From an uncultured Aliarcobacter sp. (GTDB lineage: Bacteria > Campylobacterota > Campylobacteria > Campylobacterales > Arcobacteraceae), in NCBI GenBank assembly GCA_963677435.1, contig OY781945.1, positions 864,001-928,000 of the forward strand: a DNA stretch of 64,000 nucleotides. Direction: 5' to 3'. The position numbers and the translations under genes were made by a program. This document shows, piece by piece, positions 32,714-43,180 of the stretch; position 1 is the stretch's first letter; the number at the start of each line of letters is the position of its first letter. Below the pieces are notes generated by a model. It saw nothing but the letters and a program-made list of their open reading frames with translations, ran no database searches and was not told the origin of the DNA.

Positions 32714-34429
32714 ATGAAGTTGATTAGTAAGATTTTGTTGTTTGGAATAGTTGTTTTTAAATTAAGTGCTGAAGATGAAATGAATATAAATTTTAAAGAT
32801 TTGCAGATTATGGATTTAGTAAAAATTACTTCTAAAATTATAGATAAAAATATTTTGATAACAGAAGAGATAAAAGGAAATGTTGATTTTATTTCCAATA
32901 AACCTATTAATAAAGATGAGTTAATTAAAATATTAGGTTTTGTTCTTGAAGATAAAGGTTACTCTTTAATTCAAAGTGATGAGATGTTAAGAATTATTAA
33001 TAACATGACTTTAGGGACAAACAAAGATACTGTAATTGTAGAGCTACAAAATATAGATGCCAATGATGCAAAAAAAAATCTTGATGCAATTGCAAAATCA
33101 AAATTCAATGATAAAGTTGAAACTCAAAAAGTATCAATTATAGATAACAAAGATAATAATTCTTTAGTAATAATAGGTGAAAAAAGTAATATAAATTATC
33201 TAGCTAGATACATAAAAAATGTAGATAGTAATAGTTCACTAATAAAAAAAGAAGTAAAAGTTTTTTCTTTGAAAAATGTAGATGCTATAAATGTGATAAA
33301 AATACTAGATTCAATTGTAGGTAAAAAAACATATACAGATGCAAATAGTAAACCTTTAGTTTCAGCAGATGAAGAATCAAATGCAATAGTTGTAATGGGA
33401 CCCTCTGATGAAGTTGAGAATATTAGTAAATTATTAGAAGAACTAGATAAGGAAAAAGGTCAAGTTTATGTACAAGCTAGAATCATTGAAGTAAATGATG
33501 AGGTTGTTAATAATGTTGGAGTTCAATATGGGATATTTGGAGGAACTACTGGAAGTAATGGACTTGCAACTTTCTCTTCAAATTTAAATGGTGGTTCAAA
33601 TGCAATCTCTTTAGTTAAAGATGCCATTGGTTTAAATATTCCTGATATAACATCAGGTTTAGCACTTGGAGCTTCTTTGAATCTTTTAAAACAAAATGGT
33701 GCTTTAGATGTAGTTTCAGAACCATCTATTTTAGCTGTAAATAATAAAGAGAGTTCTATTTATGTTGGTGAAAAAATATCTATTCAGATTTCAAGTTCTG
33801 TAACAGATGGCGGAACACAAAGAACAAATTATCAACGAGAAGATGTGGGTTTAACACTTAAAGTAAAACCAAGAATCTCAAGTGAATCAAAAGTTACACT
33901 TGAAATAAGTACTTTATTAGAGGGAATTAAAAGTACTCAAACAATTAGTGGAAATCCAGATACTCTAAAAAAAGAGATTAAAACAACTGCTATTTTAAAT
34001 AATGGTGAGAGTGTAATAATTGGTGGATTAATAGAAAATAAAAATGAATCAACTATTCAAAAAGTTCCAGTTTTAGGTGATATTCCTGTCGTTGGGAATC
34101 TTTTTACGAATGATGCGAATACTTTAAAAAAGAACAATTTAGTAGTAATTATAACTCCCTATTTGATACCAAAAGCAAAAGATATTACTTATGTTAGAAA
34201 CCAGTTAGCTGAACTTAAAGCTATGGAAGATAAGTATTTAGAAGATTCTTTAATTAGATTAAAAGAAAATGCAATTAAGAAAAAAATAGAAACTCAAAAA
34301 AGAGAAGAAAAAATAACTAAGTTAAATAATCAATTAAAAGATTTAAATACAAAAAAATCAACTTCTTTTATTGATGAAAAAACAGAATATGAAAAAAGAA
34401 TAAGAGAACTTTTAGGACAAGGAAGTTGA
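32714..34429 (+). CDS. gspD: Type II secretion / competence-type secretin (GspD-like)
   Basis: N0 domain (INFKD...), N-domain repeats, QVYVQARIIEV, REDVGLTLKVKPRI and KVPVLGDIPVVGNLF motifs. Confidence 0.85.
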   Translation: MKLISKILLFGIVVFKLSAEDEMNINFKDLQIMDLVKITSKIIDKNILITEEIKGNVDFISNKPINKDELIKILGFVLEDKGYSLIQSDEMLRIINNMTLGTNKDTVIVELQNIDANDAKKNLDAIAKSKFNDKVETQKVSIIDNKDNNSLVIIGEKSNINYLARYIKNVDSNSSLIKKEVKVFSLKNVDAINVIKILDSIVGKKTYTDANSKPLVSADEESNAIVVMGPSDEVENISKLLEELDKEKGQVYVQARIIEVNDEVVNNVGVQYGIFGGTTGSNGLATFSSNLNGGSNAISLVKDAIGLNIPDITSGLALGASLNLLKQNGALDVVSEPSILAVNNKESSIYVGEKISIQISSSVTDGGTQRTNYQREDVGLTLKVKPRISSESKVTLEISTLLEGIKSTQTISGNPDTLKKEIKTTAILNNGESVIIGGLIENKNESTIQKVPVLGDIPVVGNLFTNDANTLKKNNLVVIITPYLIPKAKDITYVRNQLAELKAMEDKYLEDSLIRLKENAIKKKIETQKREEKITKLNNQLKDLNTKKSTSFIDEKTEYEKRIRELLGQGS

Positions 34430-34433
34430 AAAA

Positions 34434-35051
34434 TTAAGCGTTAATTAAAGCCATTAATTTTTCATTTAAAACTAAAGATGACATAGTACTTTTAGGATTT
34501 TGAGAATGAAGAATTTTATTACAATCAATACATAAAGTGATGATATTTTCTAGATTGTAACCACCACCATCTTTTATATCTTTTACAAAACAAGTATAAC
34601 TATCTTTTAAATTAAGATTATTACCACATCTATTACAACATTTATTATCTCTTTTCCAAGCAAACTCTTTTCTTAGTGGCCAATCACTTGGATATTTTGG
34701 ATTAGATATGGATTTTTCTTCATAGTTAAGCCAATGTTTTTCCCTTGGAATATCATCTTGTGTTTTTTTTGCATAAGCATAATTGAAAAATTGAGAAATT
34801 ACATTTTCAATAATTATAGTTTCCCTTAGTTCTAAATTTGGCTCATTTACAGTTCTATTAATAAAACTATAATCAATTTTTATTTTTGGATGAAAATTTG
34901 ACATATATTCTTTTAAATCACTTACAAATAGAGGAAAACCTCCATTATTTTTGTAGTTTTTTGAAAAAATCTTTTCCCTATAAATATAAAGGGGTAATAA
35001 ACAAACTATAATTAAGCTTGAATAAAATACATAAGTCAAATCTAAAATCAA
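34434..35051 (-). CDS. Membrane-anchored HNH-like domain protein
   Basis: N-terminal TM, RDNKCCNRCG...GGGYNLENIITLCIDCN. Confidence 0.7.
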   Translation of the reverse strand: MILDLTYVFYSSLIIVCLLPLYIYREKIFSKNYKNNGGFPLFVSDLKEYMSNFHPKIKIDYSFINRTVNEPNLELRETIIIENVISQFFNYAYAKKTQDDIPREKHWLNYEEKSISNPKYPSDWPLRKEFAWKRDNKCCNRCGNNLNLKDSYTCFVKDIKDGGGYNLENIITLCIDCNKILHSQNPKSTMSSLVLNEKLMALINA

Positions 35052-35060
35052 AATTTAGTC

Positions 35061-36155
35061 CTAGATTATTTCAGGATTAATTTGATGATTCTTTAATGTT
35101 TTTAAAGCCTCAGTATGATTTCCTGATACTAATTTTTGTAATTCATTTTTATGAATAACTGGAAGAATAATTTCTCTTCCACAAATTTTTTCTAATTGTT
35201 TTCTATTGTAATCAAAAATATAAAAATCTTCATTTGTATCAACAAGTAAAAAATCAGCATTATTATCAAAAGCATCAAGTAAAATTGTTGCAGCAACATG
35301 GTAAGTAATCAAAGGATTTCTATTAAAAGTATATTTCGCTAAATCTAGTTTCATACTATCAAGTTTTAGAATTTTAGCATTTAACTTATCTAATAAATCT
35401 AAAGTTTGTTTTGAATCTTTAGAAGCATAATAAGCAATATTAAAATCTTTGAAATCATGTTTAATTTCATAATTTTCTTCAAACTCTGCAAAATCTAAAA
35501 TCAAAGTTTTATTTAACCTAAAATTTTGATTTTCAAGTTTATCAGAATGATTTAGACTATCTTGAATTTTTTGAATTTTTTCTTCAATTTGCATATCAAA
35601 ATTATAAATTCTATTTTCTAAACTTGTATGATATTGTGCACCAATTTCTACATCATCAAGAGCTAGAAGTATATAGTTTGTAGAATTTGGATTTTTATTA
35701 ATTAAATCATGTGCTAAGATCAAAATAGCATCACCAATATAATCACTTTTATAGTTTAAAGTATTAGAAGCATAAAAATATGGTTTTAGTTTTAGATATT
35801 CAGCTTTATCTTCATCTTGCATTAAATTTTTTAGAATTTTCATTTTATCTTTAAAATCATTATCATCAATTAATAAGTCATTAAATGCTCTTCTTATTGA
35901 AATAGGTTCAATTGTAAGTTCTTTTCCAAAGTTTTTTGCAACTTCTTCTAAAGTTATTGAAGCTTTTACATAAACACCGTTTATAACCAAATCAAAATCA
36001 GCAGAATTAGTAAATCCTAAAGTTGCAGTTTTGTTAATAGTATTTAATATATCTAATATATTTTTTTCATTTTCTATTTTTAAAAAATGTTTTGTATAGT
36101 AGGGTAAATAATCAGAGTTTTTATCAAATTTGAATAAAGAGATTTCTAGTTTCAT
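35061..36155 (-). CDS. Hypothetical protein with cysteine-less SdhB/FrdB-like N-terminus and probable HdrB-like C-terminus
   Basis: LEISLFKFD..., LVING, LTIEPI and DLLID segments follow the FrdB N-terminal pattern. Only one Cys in the protein. Confidence 0.6.
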   Translation of the reverse strand: MKLEISLFKFDKNSDYLPYYTKHFLKIENEKNILDILNTINKTATLGFTNSADFDLVINGVYVKASITLEEVAKNFGKELTIEPISIRRAFNDLLIDDNDFKDKMKILKNLMQDEDKAEYLKLKPYFYASNTLNYKSDYIGDAILILAHDLINKNPNSTNYILLALDDVEIGAQYHTSLENRIYNFDMQIEEKIQKIQDSLNHSDKLENQNFRLNKTLILDFAEFEENYEIKHDFKDFNIAYYASKDSKQTLDLLDKLNAKILKLDSMKLDLAKYTFNRNPLITYHVAATILLDAFDNNADFLLVDTNEDFYIFDYNRKQLEKICGREIILPVIHKNELQKLVSGNHTEALKTLKNHQINPEII

Positions 36156-36206
36156 TAATAATATACCTTGTTTTATAGTTGGATAGATTTTATAGAATTT
36201 TTACTT

Positions 36207-36245
36207 AAAAAAAATGATAAGCAAGAGATTTTCCTACTTATCATT
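36207..36245 (-). terminator. Intrinsic terminator after murA
   Basis: AATGATAAG/CTTATCATT stem followed by a T run on the minus strand. Confidence 0.65.
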
Positions 36246-36255
36246 AAAAAAGATG

Positions 36256-37521
36256 CTATTCAGTAAACCTTTTTACATCAGCACCAATAAGTGATAGTTT
36301 TCCCTCGAGATTTTCATAACCTCTATCTAGGTGATAAATTCTATGAATATTTGTTTCACCATTTGCTACAAGCGCTGCAAGAACTAAAGCAGATGAAGCT
36401 CTTAAATCAGTTGCCATTACATCTGTTCCATTTAAAGTTCCAGCTTTTCCATTTATAGTTGCAGTGTTTCCATTTAGATGAATATCAGCTCCAAGTCTTA
36501 ACAGTTCACTAACATGCATAAATCTATTTTCAAATAGTCTTTCATCAATTGTACTTGTTCCATTTGCTTGAGTTGCAAGTGCCATAAATTGAGCTTGCAT
36601 ATCAGTTGGGAAACCTGGATATTCTGTTGTTATAATATTTGCAGGTTTGATTTCATCTGTTGGAAGAATTGTAACACTGTTATCATCTTGTAATACTTCA
36701 AAATTCATCTCTTCAAGTTTTGATATAAGAGCTTCTAAGTGTAGAGGAATTACTTTTTTGATTGTTAATTTTTGATTTTTAATAGCCGCCGCACACATAT
36801 ATGTCCCAGCTTCAATTCTATCAGGTATTACATCAAAAGGTTTTATATCTATTAACTGTTGACCAGTTCCCTCAATTATAATTTTTGAAGTTCCAATTCC
36901 TTGAATATTTATTCCTGAATTTGCTAATACTTCGCAAAGTTGCACAATTTCTGGCTCTTTTGCTGCATTTATAATAGTTGTTGTTCCATGCGCAAGTGCT
37001 GCCGCCATAACTGTATTTTCAGTTCCACCAACAGTTACTTTATCAAAAACTATTTTTGCGCCTTTTAATCCATTTGGTGCAGTAGCTCTTATATAACCAT
37101 GTAGAATTTCAATTTTAGCACCCATTTGTTCAAGTGCTTTAAGATGTAAATCAACTGGTCGCTGACCTATTGCACAACCACCTGGAAGTGAAACTTCACA
37201 ATGTCCAAATCTAGCAAGAATTGGCCCTAAAACCAAAATAGAAGCTCTCATTGTTTTTACAATATCATAAGTTGCTGTTGTATTATTTATTGTTGTTGTA
37301 TTGATTTTTGCAGTGTGATTATCTTTCTCATAAGTTCCACCAAGTTTTTTGATTAGCTTTAAAAAAGTGTTAATGTCAACTACATCTGGTAAATTTCCAA
37401 TAGTAATTTCATTTTTTCCTAAAATAGTGCAAGCAATCAAAGGAAGGGCTGCATTTTTAGCACCTGATATTTCAACGCTTCCTGAAATATCTTTTCCCCC
37501 AATAATTTTTAAGTATTCCAT
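36256..37521 (-). CDS. murA: UDP-N-acetylglucosamine 1-carboxyvinyltransferase
   Basis: [31 protein letters not shown] and ATDLRA motifs. Confidence 0.98.
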   Translation of the reverse strand: MEYLKIIGGKDISGSVEISGAKNAALPLIACTILGKNEITIGNLPDVVDINTFLKLIKKLGGTYEKDNHTAKINTTTINNTTATYDIVKTMRASILVLGPILARFGHCEVSLPGGCAIGQRPVDLHLKALEQMGAKIEILHGYIRATAPNGLKGAKIVFDKVTVGGTENTVMAAALAHGTTTIINAAKEPEIVQLCEVLANSGINIQGIGTSKIIIEGTGQQLIDIKPFDVIPDRIEAGTYMCAAAIKNQKLTIKKVIPLHLEALISKLEEMNFEVLQDDNSVTILPTDEIKPANIITTEYPGFPTDMQAQFMALATQANGTSTIDERLFENRFMHVSELLRLGADIHLNGNTATINGKAGTLNGTDVMATDLRASSALVLAALVANGETNIHRIYHLDRGYENLEGKLSLIGADVKRFTE

Positions 37522-37646
37522 GTTTCCCCTACGAAGTATTTATATATATGGTTAATATAATATCTAAAATAAGCTTTAAGATATGGACACTTCAATAATC
37601 TATCTTTAATAGGATTATAAATACAATCTATTTTTTAGAACAAGGG

Positions 37647-38537
37647 ATGAGAATGGAAAATCAGGTTAATAAAGGCATACAATATATGCTTTTTGCCTCT
37701 TTATTATTTGCTTTTATGGGAGCTGCTGCAAAAGAATTAAGTAATTCAATGACTTCTGTTGAGGTTGTATTTTTTAGAAATGTTTTTGGTGTCTTTTTTA
37801 TTTTAATATCTATTTATAAATCTCCGTTAAAACAAATTGGTGGAAAATTTTGGTTATTAGTTTTTCGAGGTCTTGCTGGATTTATTGCACTACTTTTTTT
37901 CTTCTATAATATTTCACAAATACCTCTTGGAGAAGCTATGACTTTTTCCAAAACTTCAACTATTTTTACAGCGGTATTAGCTTATATTTTTTTAAATGAG
38001 AAATTGGGTGTAAAGGGTTGGTTTGGTGTTTTTGTAGGTTTTATAGGAATTATATTTATTACAGAATTTGATGGAAGTAGTTTAGAAAAGAGTGATTATT
38101 TAGGAATATTATCAGGAGTAGGCGCTGCACTTGCTTATACTTCTGTTCGAGAACTTAGAAAATTTTATGATACAAGAGCTATAGTTTTATCATTTATGAC
38201 AATAGGAACAATAGGGCCTTTGATATTAATGATTATTGGTAGTTTTTATTCAAATTCAAATTTAGATTTTATGTTAGGGTCATTTATAATGCCAAAAGCT
38301 AATGATTGGCTAATTATAATATTATTGGGAATATTTGCAACTTTAGCTCAAATTTATATGACAAAAGCTTATTCATTCGCAAAAGCTGGAATCATAGGGA
38401 CAATCTCATATAGTAATATAGTTTTTTCAATAATTTTAGGACTTGTCTTAGGAGATACCTTCCCTTCATTATTAATTGTTTTTGGTATAATTTTAATCGT
38501 TATAAGTGGAATTTTAGTTTCAAGTAAAAAGGAATAG
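37647..38537 (+). CDS. DMT/EamA family transporter
   Basis: About 10 TM segments in two EamA repeats, VVFFRN and LNEK motifs. Confidence 0.85.
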   Translation: MRMENQVNKGIQYMLFASLLFAFMGAAAKELSNSMTSVEVVFFRNVFGVFFILISIYKSPLKQIGGKFWLLVFRGLAGFIALLFFFYNISQIPLGEAMTFSKTSTIFTAVLAYIFLNEKLGVKGWFGVFVGFIGIIFITEFDGSSLEKSDYLGILSGVGAALAYTSVRELRKFYDTRAIVLSFMTIGTIGPLILMIIGSFYSNSNLDFMLGSFIMPKANDWLIIILLGIFATLAQIYMTKAYSFAKAGIIGTISYSNIVFSIILGLVLGDTFPSLLIVFGIILIVISGILVSSKKE

Positions 38538-38538
38538 T

Positions 38539-40287
38539 ATGGAATTTATAGAAAGATTTACATTTTGGGAAGATTTTTGGATATTTTGGGTACTAGTTAT
38601 TATAGCATGGTATATTCATGATAAATATGTACAAAGAGATCACCAAATTTTAGTTAATTATCCAATTATTGGACGATTAAGATATTTATTTGAAGAAATT
38701 AGAGAACCTTTTAGACAATATTTTGGTGATGAAAAATTTTATGAATCAAAAGACAAATTAGATTGGGTTTATAAAGCAGCAAGAGATTTACCAAACTATG
38801 CATCATTTTCACCTGCACAACCGTTGCCTAAACCAAAGTTTATGATTAGACATGCAAATATTGTTTTAAATGATAGCGAAGTTGAAGATAAGTTTGATGT
38901 TACTTTTGGGGAAAGAAGAAAAAAACCATTTACTTCAAAAAGTATAATTGCAAGATCTGCTATGAGTGATGGGTCTATCTCACCTGAAGGTACAAGAGCT
39001 TTCGTTCAAGGGGCATATATTGGTGGATTTCCAATTAATTCAGGAGAAGGTGGTGTTACATCAAATTTTTTTGTAACACATATTAAGTATGATCCTTCAT
39101 ATATGAAAATTGTTGATACTTCATCTTTTAATAAAAAAATAAAAGATATTGTAAAATTTTTCTTTAATGGTGCAATAGCTGCTGATGTGTATAGAAAACT
39201 TGTTTTTAAAAATGATCCAGAAGCAGAAACATATATGTTAGATATGAATAATAGTATTTTTTATAGACCAAATTGGGATGCTCCTCTTGAATCTTTTCCT
39301 AGTGAAGTTCCTGCTGATATGCCAGATATAGTTTTTCAAATAAGTTCAGGGCTTTATGGAGCAAGGGATAAAAAGGGGAACTTTGATCCTGATAGATACC
39401 AAAAAGTTATGAGATTTTGTCAAATGACTGAAATTAAAATGGCTCAAGGTGCAAAACAAACAGGTGGGAAACTAACAGGCCATAAAGTAACTCCAGCAAT
39501 TGCTTATTATAGAAATGTAGAAGCATATAAAGATGTATTTTCTCCAAATAGATTTCCTTACGCAAATACTATTGAGGAATTATTTGATTTTATTGGTGAA
39601 CTTCAAAAATTATCAAGTAAACCAGTTGGAATTAAAATAGTAATTTCTGATATTGAAAATATAGAACCATATGCAAAAGAGATAAAAAGAAGAATAGACG
39701 CTGGAATAGATGCCTATCCTGATTATATTACCGTTGATGCAGGTAGTGGTGGAAGTGCAACAGCTCCATTAGAAATGATGGAAAGAGTAGGGCTTAATAC
39801 AAGAGATTCAGTTTATTTAGTAAATAAAGTATTAATTGATTATGGTGTTAGAGATAAAGTTAAATTAGTTGCAAGTGGAAAAATTTTAACACCCGATGAT
39901 ATTATCATCATTATGAGTTTAGGTGCAGATTTTTTACAAATTGCTCGTGGATTTATGATGAGTGCTGGTTGTATTCGTGCAAGATATTGTTCTGGAACAA
40001 CAGGAAGAGATTGTCCAGTTGGATTAGCTACTCAAAATAAGAAAAAAAGAAGAAAATATTTTGTATTTAGACATGCAACTTATGTTGCAAATTATCATAA
40101 AAATCTTTTGAAAAATGTAAAAGGTTTATTGGCAATTATGGGACTTAAAAATATTAATCAGTTAAATAAACATAGATTATTATTTTTAGATAAAGATTCA
40201 AGAGTACATGATAATATTGATGAGGTTTTCAAAAGAAAACTTGATTTAGGAAAAGATTTAGAGGATGAATACCATGAACTTAGATAA
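38539..40287 (+). CDS. FMN-binding glutamate synthase family protein (stand-alone synthase domain)
   Basis: N-terminal TM, NYPIIGRLRY, SAMSDG, EIKMAQGAK, ARGFMMSAGC and Cys cluster CIRARYC...CPVG. No amidotransferase domain. Confidence 0.88.
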   Translation: MEFIERFTFWEDFWIFWVLVIIAWYIHDKYVQRDHQILVNYPIIGRLRYLFEEIREPFRQYFGDEKFYESKDKLDWVYKAARDLPNYASFSPAQPLPKPKFMIRHANIVLNDSEVEDKFDVTFGERRKKPFTSKSIIARSAMSDGSISPEGTRAFVQGAYIGGFPINSGEGGVTSNFFVTHIKYDPSYMKIVDTSSFNKKIKDIVKFFFNGAIAADVYRKLVFKNDPEAETYMLDMNNSIFYRPNWDAPLESFPSEVPADMPDIVFQISSGLYGARDKKGNFDPDRYQKVMRFCQMTEIKMAQGAKQTGGKLTGHKVTPAIAYYRNVEAYKDVFSPNRFPYANTIEELFDFIGELQKLSSKPVGIKIVISDIENIEPYAKEIKRRIDAGIDAYPDYITVDAGSGGSATAPLEMMERVGLNTRDSVYLVNKVLIDYGVRDKVKLVASGKILTPDDIIIIMSLGADFLQIARGFMMSAGCIRARYCSGTTGRDCPVGLATQNKKKRRKYFVFRHATYVANYHKNLLKNVKGLLAIMGLKNINQLNKHRLLFLDKDSRVHDNIDEVFKRKLDLGKDLEDEYHELR

Positions 40288-40651
40288 GGTTATCTCTGGT
40301 TTTTTTATCATTTTAGCTATGACTTTAAATTTTGGTTTTTTTTACGGTGAAATGCATACCGTAGCAAGTCATAGTAAATATGAATTATTTGCAGCCATTA
40401 TTGTAAATTTAATTGCAACAATTTTAAAATTAGGAGACAAAACTCAATTAGGTTCTGTTTTATTAGCAACTTCCTTAGTTGCTGATATTCAACTAATCGC
40501 AGCAGCTACTATTTGGACTGTGGCAATTTATTCAACTATGTTAGATAGTGAAATTATTGGTATGGTTGTATCTTTATCTGGTGGAGCTTTATTAGCTAAT
40601 ATTACTTCAGTTGTATTATATGTGGGTGATACCATAAAATCAAAAAGATAA
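40265..40651 (+). CDS. Small membrane protein (DUF6394-like)
   Basis: Four hydrophobic segments, TLNFGFF and LATSLVAD, directly upstream of a K+ channel gene. Confidence 0.7.
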   Translation: MNTMNLDKVISGFFIILAMTLNFGFFYGEMHTVASHSKYELFAAIIVNLIATILKLGDKTQLGSVLLATSLVADIQLIAAATIWTVAIYSTMLDSEIIGMVVSLSGGALLANITSVVLYVGDTIKSKR

Positions 40652-40664
40652 AATAGGTAATATT

Positions 40665-42350
40665 TTGAGAAATAACTCTTTATTTATAATTTTACAGAAA
40701 ATGCGTATACCTTTTTTAGTAATTATTATAACTTATACTATTGCAATTATAGGATTGATTTTAATTCAAGGTATTGATGTAAATGGGAATCCTACAAGGA
40801 TGTCTATTTTTGATGCTTTCTATTTTATCTCTTATACTGCAACTACAATTGGATTTGGTGAAACACCTTATACTTTTACTTATCCTCAAAGAATCTGGGT
40901 GACTTTCTCTATATATCTTACTGTTCTAGGATGGTTTTATGGAATAGGTTCTTTGGTTTCACTATTGCAAGATAAACTTTTTATTCAAGAGATGCAAAGA
41001 ACAAAATTTTTAAGACAAATAAAAAATTTAAATGAAAAGTTTATAATTGTTTTAGGTTATAACCAAATCACAAAAAAAATCATAACAAAGGCTTTAGACC
41101 AAGGTGTTAGAAGTGTAGTAATAGAAAAAGATAAATCAAGAATTAATGATTTAATACTTGAAAATTTTACACCAACAGTCCCTGTTTTATATAGTGAGAC
41201 TTATTCAGTTAGAGTTTTAGAAGCCGCTGGAATTACTAAAAGAAATTGTAAAGCAATAGTTTCATTATTTGAAGATGATGCTTTAAATCTAAAAACAACT
41301 TTAATTGCAAAAAGTTTAAATAAAAATGTAAAAGTAGCCGTTAAATCAACAACAAAAAATCATACGGAAAATCTTAAAGATTTAGATGCTCAAATAATTG
41401 TAAACCCATTTTCTATTATTTCGTCTGAAATAAATATGGCTTTAATTGCTCCAAATCTATTTAAAATTGAAAAATGGCTTTATAAATTAGGAGATTTAAA
41501 CTCTAGTTTGCCACTTTTCCCTAAAGGTTTATATATCATTTGTGGATATGGACGAATGGGAAAAAAGATTTTTGAAAAATTAAATGACAATAATATTGAG
41601 GCAAAATTAATAGAAATTAAAAAAAATAGAGATATAGAATTTACAAAAAATGAGATTTCACATTTAGTTTTTGGAGATGCTGATGATAAAGAATTACTAA
41701 TAAATATTGGTATAAATCAAGCTGTTGCAATAGTTGCAGCAACTGATGATGACACAACAAATTTATCTATTTTAGCAACAGCTAAAAAACTTAATCCATT
41801 AATTATGACAATTGTTAGAGAAAATGATTTAGCTGATGATTTTTTATTTAAAAATGCAAATATTGATCATATTTTTACTCCCTCAAAAATTGTAGTAAAT
41901 AAAGTAACTAATGCTTTAGTAAATCCTTTAAGTGATATATTTTTAAAACAAATTATCAAAAAAGATAATATATGGGCTTCAAAACTTATTAATAGATTAG
42001 TAAAAGAGATAGATGAATGTCCTATTTTATTGGAATTCCAAATTGTAGAATCATTTGCTCCTGAAATTTGTAAATATTTATTAAACAAAAATATATTGCT
42101 TTTAAATATATTTGCTACTTCTTTATATAACCATAAACAAAAAAATAATGTTGTTCCTTTGTTACTTCAACGAGATAATGATATAATATTAACCCCTGAG
42201 TGGGAATATGAGATAAAAATAGGTGATAAACTTTTATTAGCTTGTGATGCACATGCTAAAAATGATGTTGAGTATATTTGCCAAAATTATTATGAATTTT
42301 ATTATGCATTAACCGGTAAAGAAAAACAAACAATATTTAAAAGGAATTAG
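40665..42350 (+). CDS. Two-TM potassium channel with two RCK/TrkA-N domains
   Basis: Pore signature TTIGFGE, GYNQIT and CGYGRMG Rossmann motifs. Confidence 0.88.
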   Translation: MRNNSLFIILQKMRIPFLVIIITYTIAIIGLILIQGIDVNGNPTRMSIFDAFYFISYTATTIGFGETPYTFTYPQRIWVTFSIYLTVLGWFYGIGSLVSLLQDKLFIQEMQRTKFLRQIKNLNEKFIIVLGYNQITKKIITKALDQGVRSVVIEKDKSRINDLILENFTPTVPVLYSETYSVRVLEAAGITKRNCKAIVSLFEDDALNLKTTLIAKSLNKNVKVAVKSTTKNHTENLKDLDAQIIVNPFSIISSEINMALIAPNLFKIEKWLYKLGDLNSSLPLFPKGLYIICGYGRMGKKIFEKLNDNNIEAKLIEIKKNRDIEFTKNEISHLVFGDADDKELLINIGINQAVAIVAATDDDTTNLSILATAKKLNPLIMTIVRENDLADDFLFKNANIDHIFTPSKIVVNKVTNALVNPLSDIFLKQIIKKDNIWASKLINRLVKEIDECPILLEFQIVESFAPEICKYLLNKNILLLNIFATSLYNHKQKNNVVPLLLQRDNDIILTPEWEYEIKIGDKLLLACDAHAKNDVEYICQNYYEFYYALTGKEKQTIFKRN

Positions 42351-43151
42351 ATGAAAATTTTAACAGGACCATGTGTACTAGAAGATAGAGACACGGTAAT
42401 GAGAATAGCAGAAAAATTAAAACCATTAAGTGAAGATAAAAGAATTGAATTTTATTTTAAAGCTTCATTTGATAAAGCTAATAGAACAAGTATAAGTTCA
42501 TTTAGAGGACCAGGACTTGATGAGGGATTAAAAATATTTCAAGAAATAAAAGAGCAATTTGGATACAAAGTTGTAACTGATATTCATGAATCATATCAAG
42601 CAGCACCAGCTGGTGAAGTAATTGATATTTTACAAATTCCTGCATTTTTATGTAGACAAACTGATTTATTAGTTGCAGCTGCTAAAACACCTGCAATTAT
42701 AAATATTAAAAAAGGGCAATTTTTAGCAGCAGATGCTATGAAACATCCAGTTGAAAAAATTCTAAATACAAGAGGAATTACAGAAGTTTCTTATGAAACA
42801 TCTGAAAAAGCTGGTGTTTGGCTTTGTGAGCGAGGAAATACATTTGGATATGGTGCTTTAGTTGTGGATATGAGAAACTTACTTTTATTAAAACAATATG
42901 CTCCCATTATTTTTGATGCAACACATTCAGTTCAAATTCCAAGTACTGGGGGAACAACTGGTGGAAACTCAGCATTTGTTCCATATATGGCAAAAGCTGC
43001 AGCTGCAGTTGGTGTTGATGGATTCTTTTTTGAGACACATGTTGATCCAAGTATTGCACTTAGTGATGGACCAAATATGCTTAAAATCGAAGACTTATAT
43101 AAAACAGTTAGTGACATTTTTGCAATACAAGACGCTTTAGGATATAATTAA
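42351..43151 (+). CDS. kdsA: 3-deoxy-8-phosphooctulonate synthase
   Basis: GPCVLE, KASFDKANRTS, PAFLCRQTDL and DATHSVQ motifs. Confidence 0.97.
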   Translation: MKILTGPCVLEDRDTVMRIAEKLKPLSEDKRIEFYFKASFDKANRTSISSFRGPGLDEGLKIFQEIKEQFGYKVVTDIHESYQAAPAGEVIDILQIPAFLCRQTDLLVAAAKTPAIINIKKGQFLAADAMKHPVEKILNTRGITEVSYETSEKAGVWLCERGNTFGYGALVVDMRNLLLLKQYAPIIFDATHSVQIPSTGGTTGGNSAFVPYMAKAAAAVGVDGFFFETHVDPSIALSDGPNMLKIEDLYKTVSDIFAIQDALGYN

Positions 43152-43180
43152 TCCTTATACACATATTTTTGGAGAAATAA

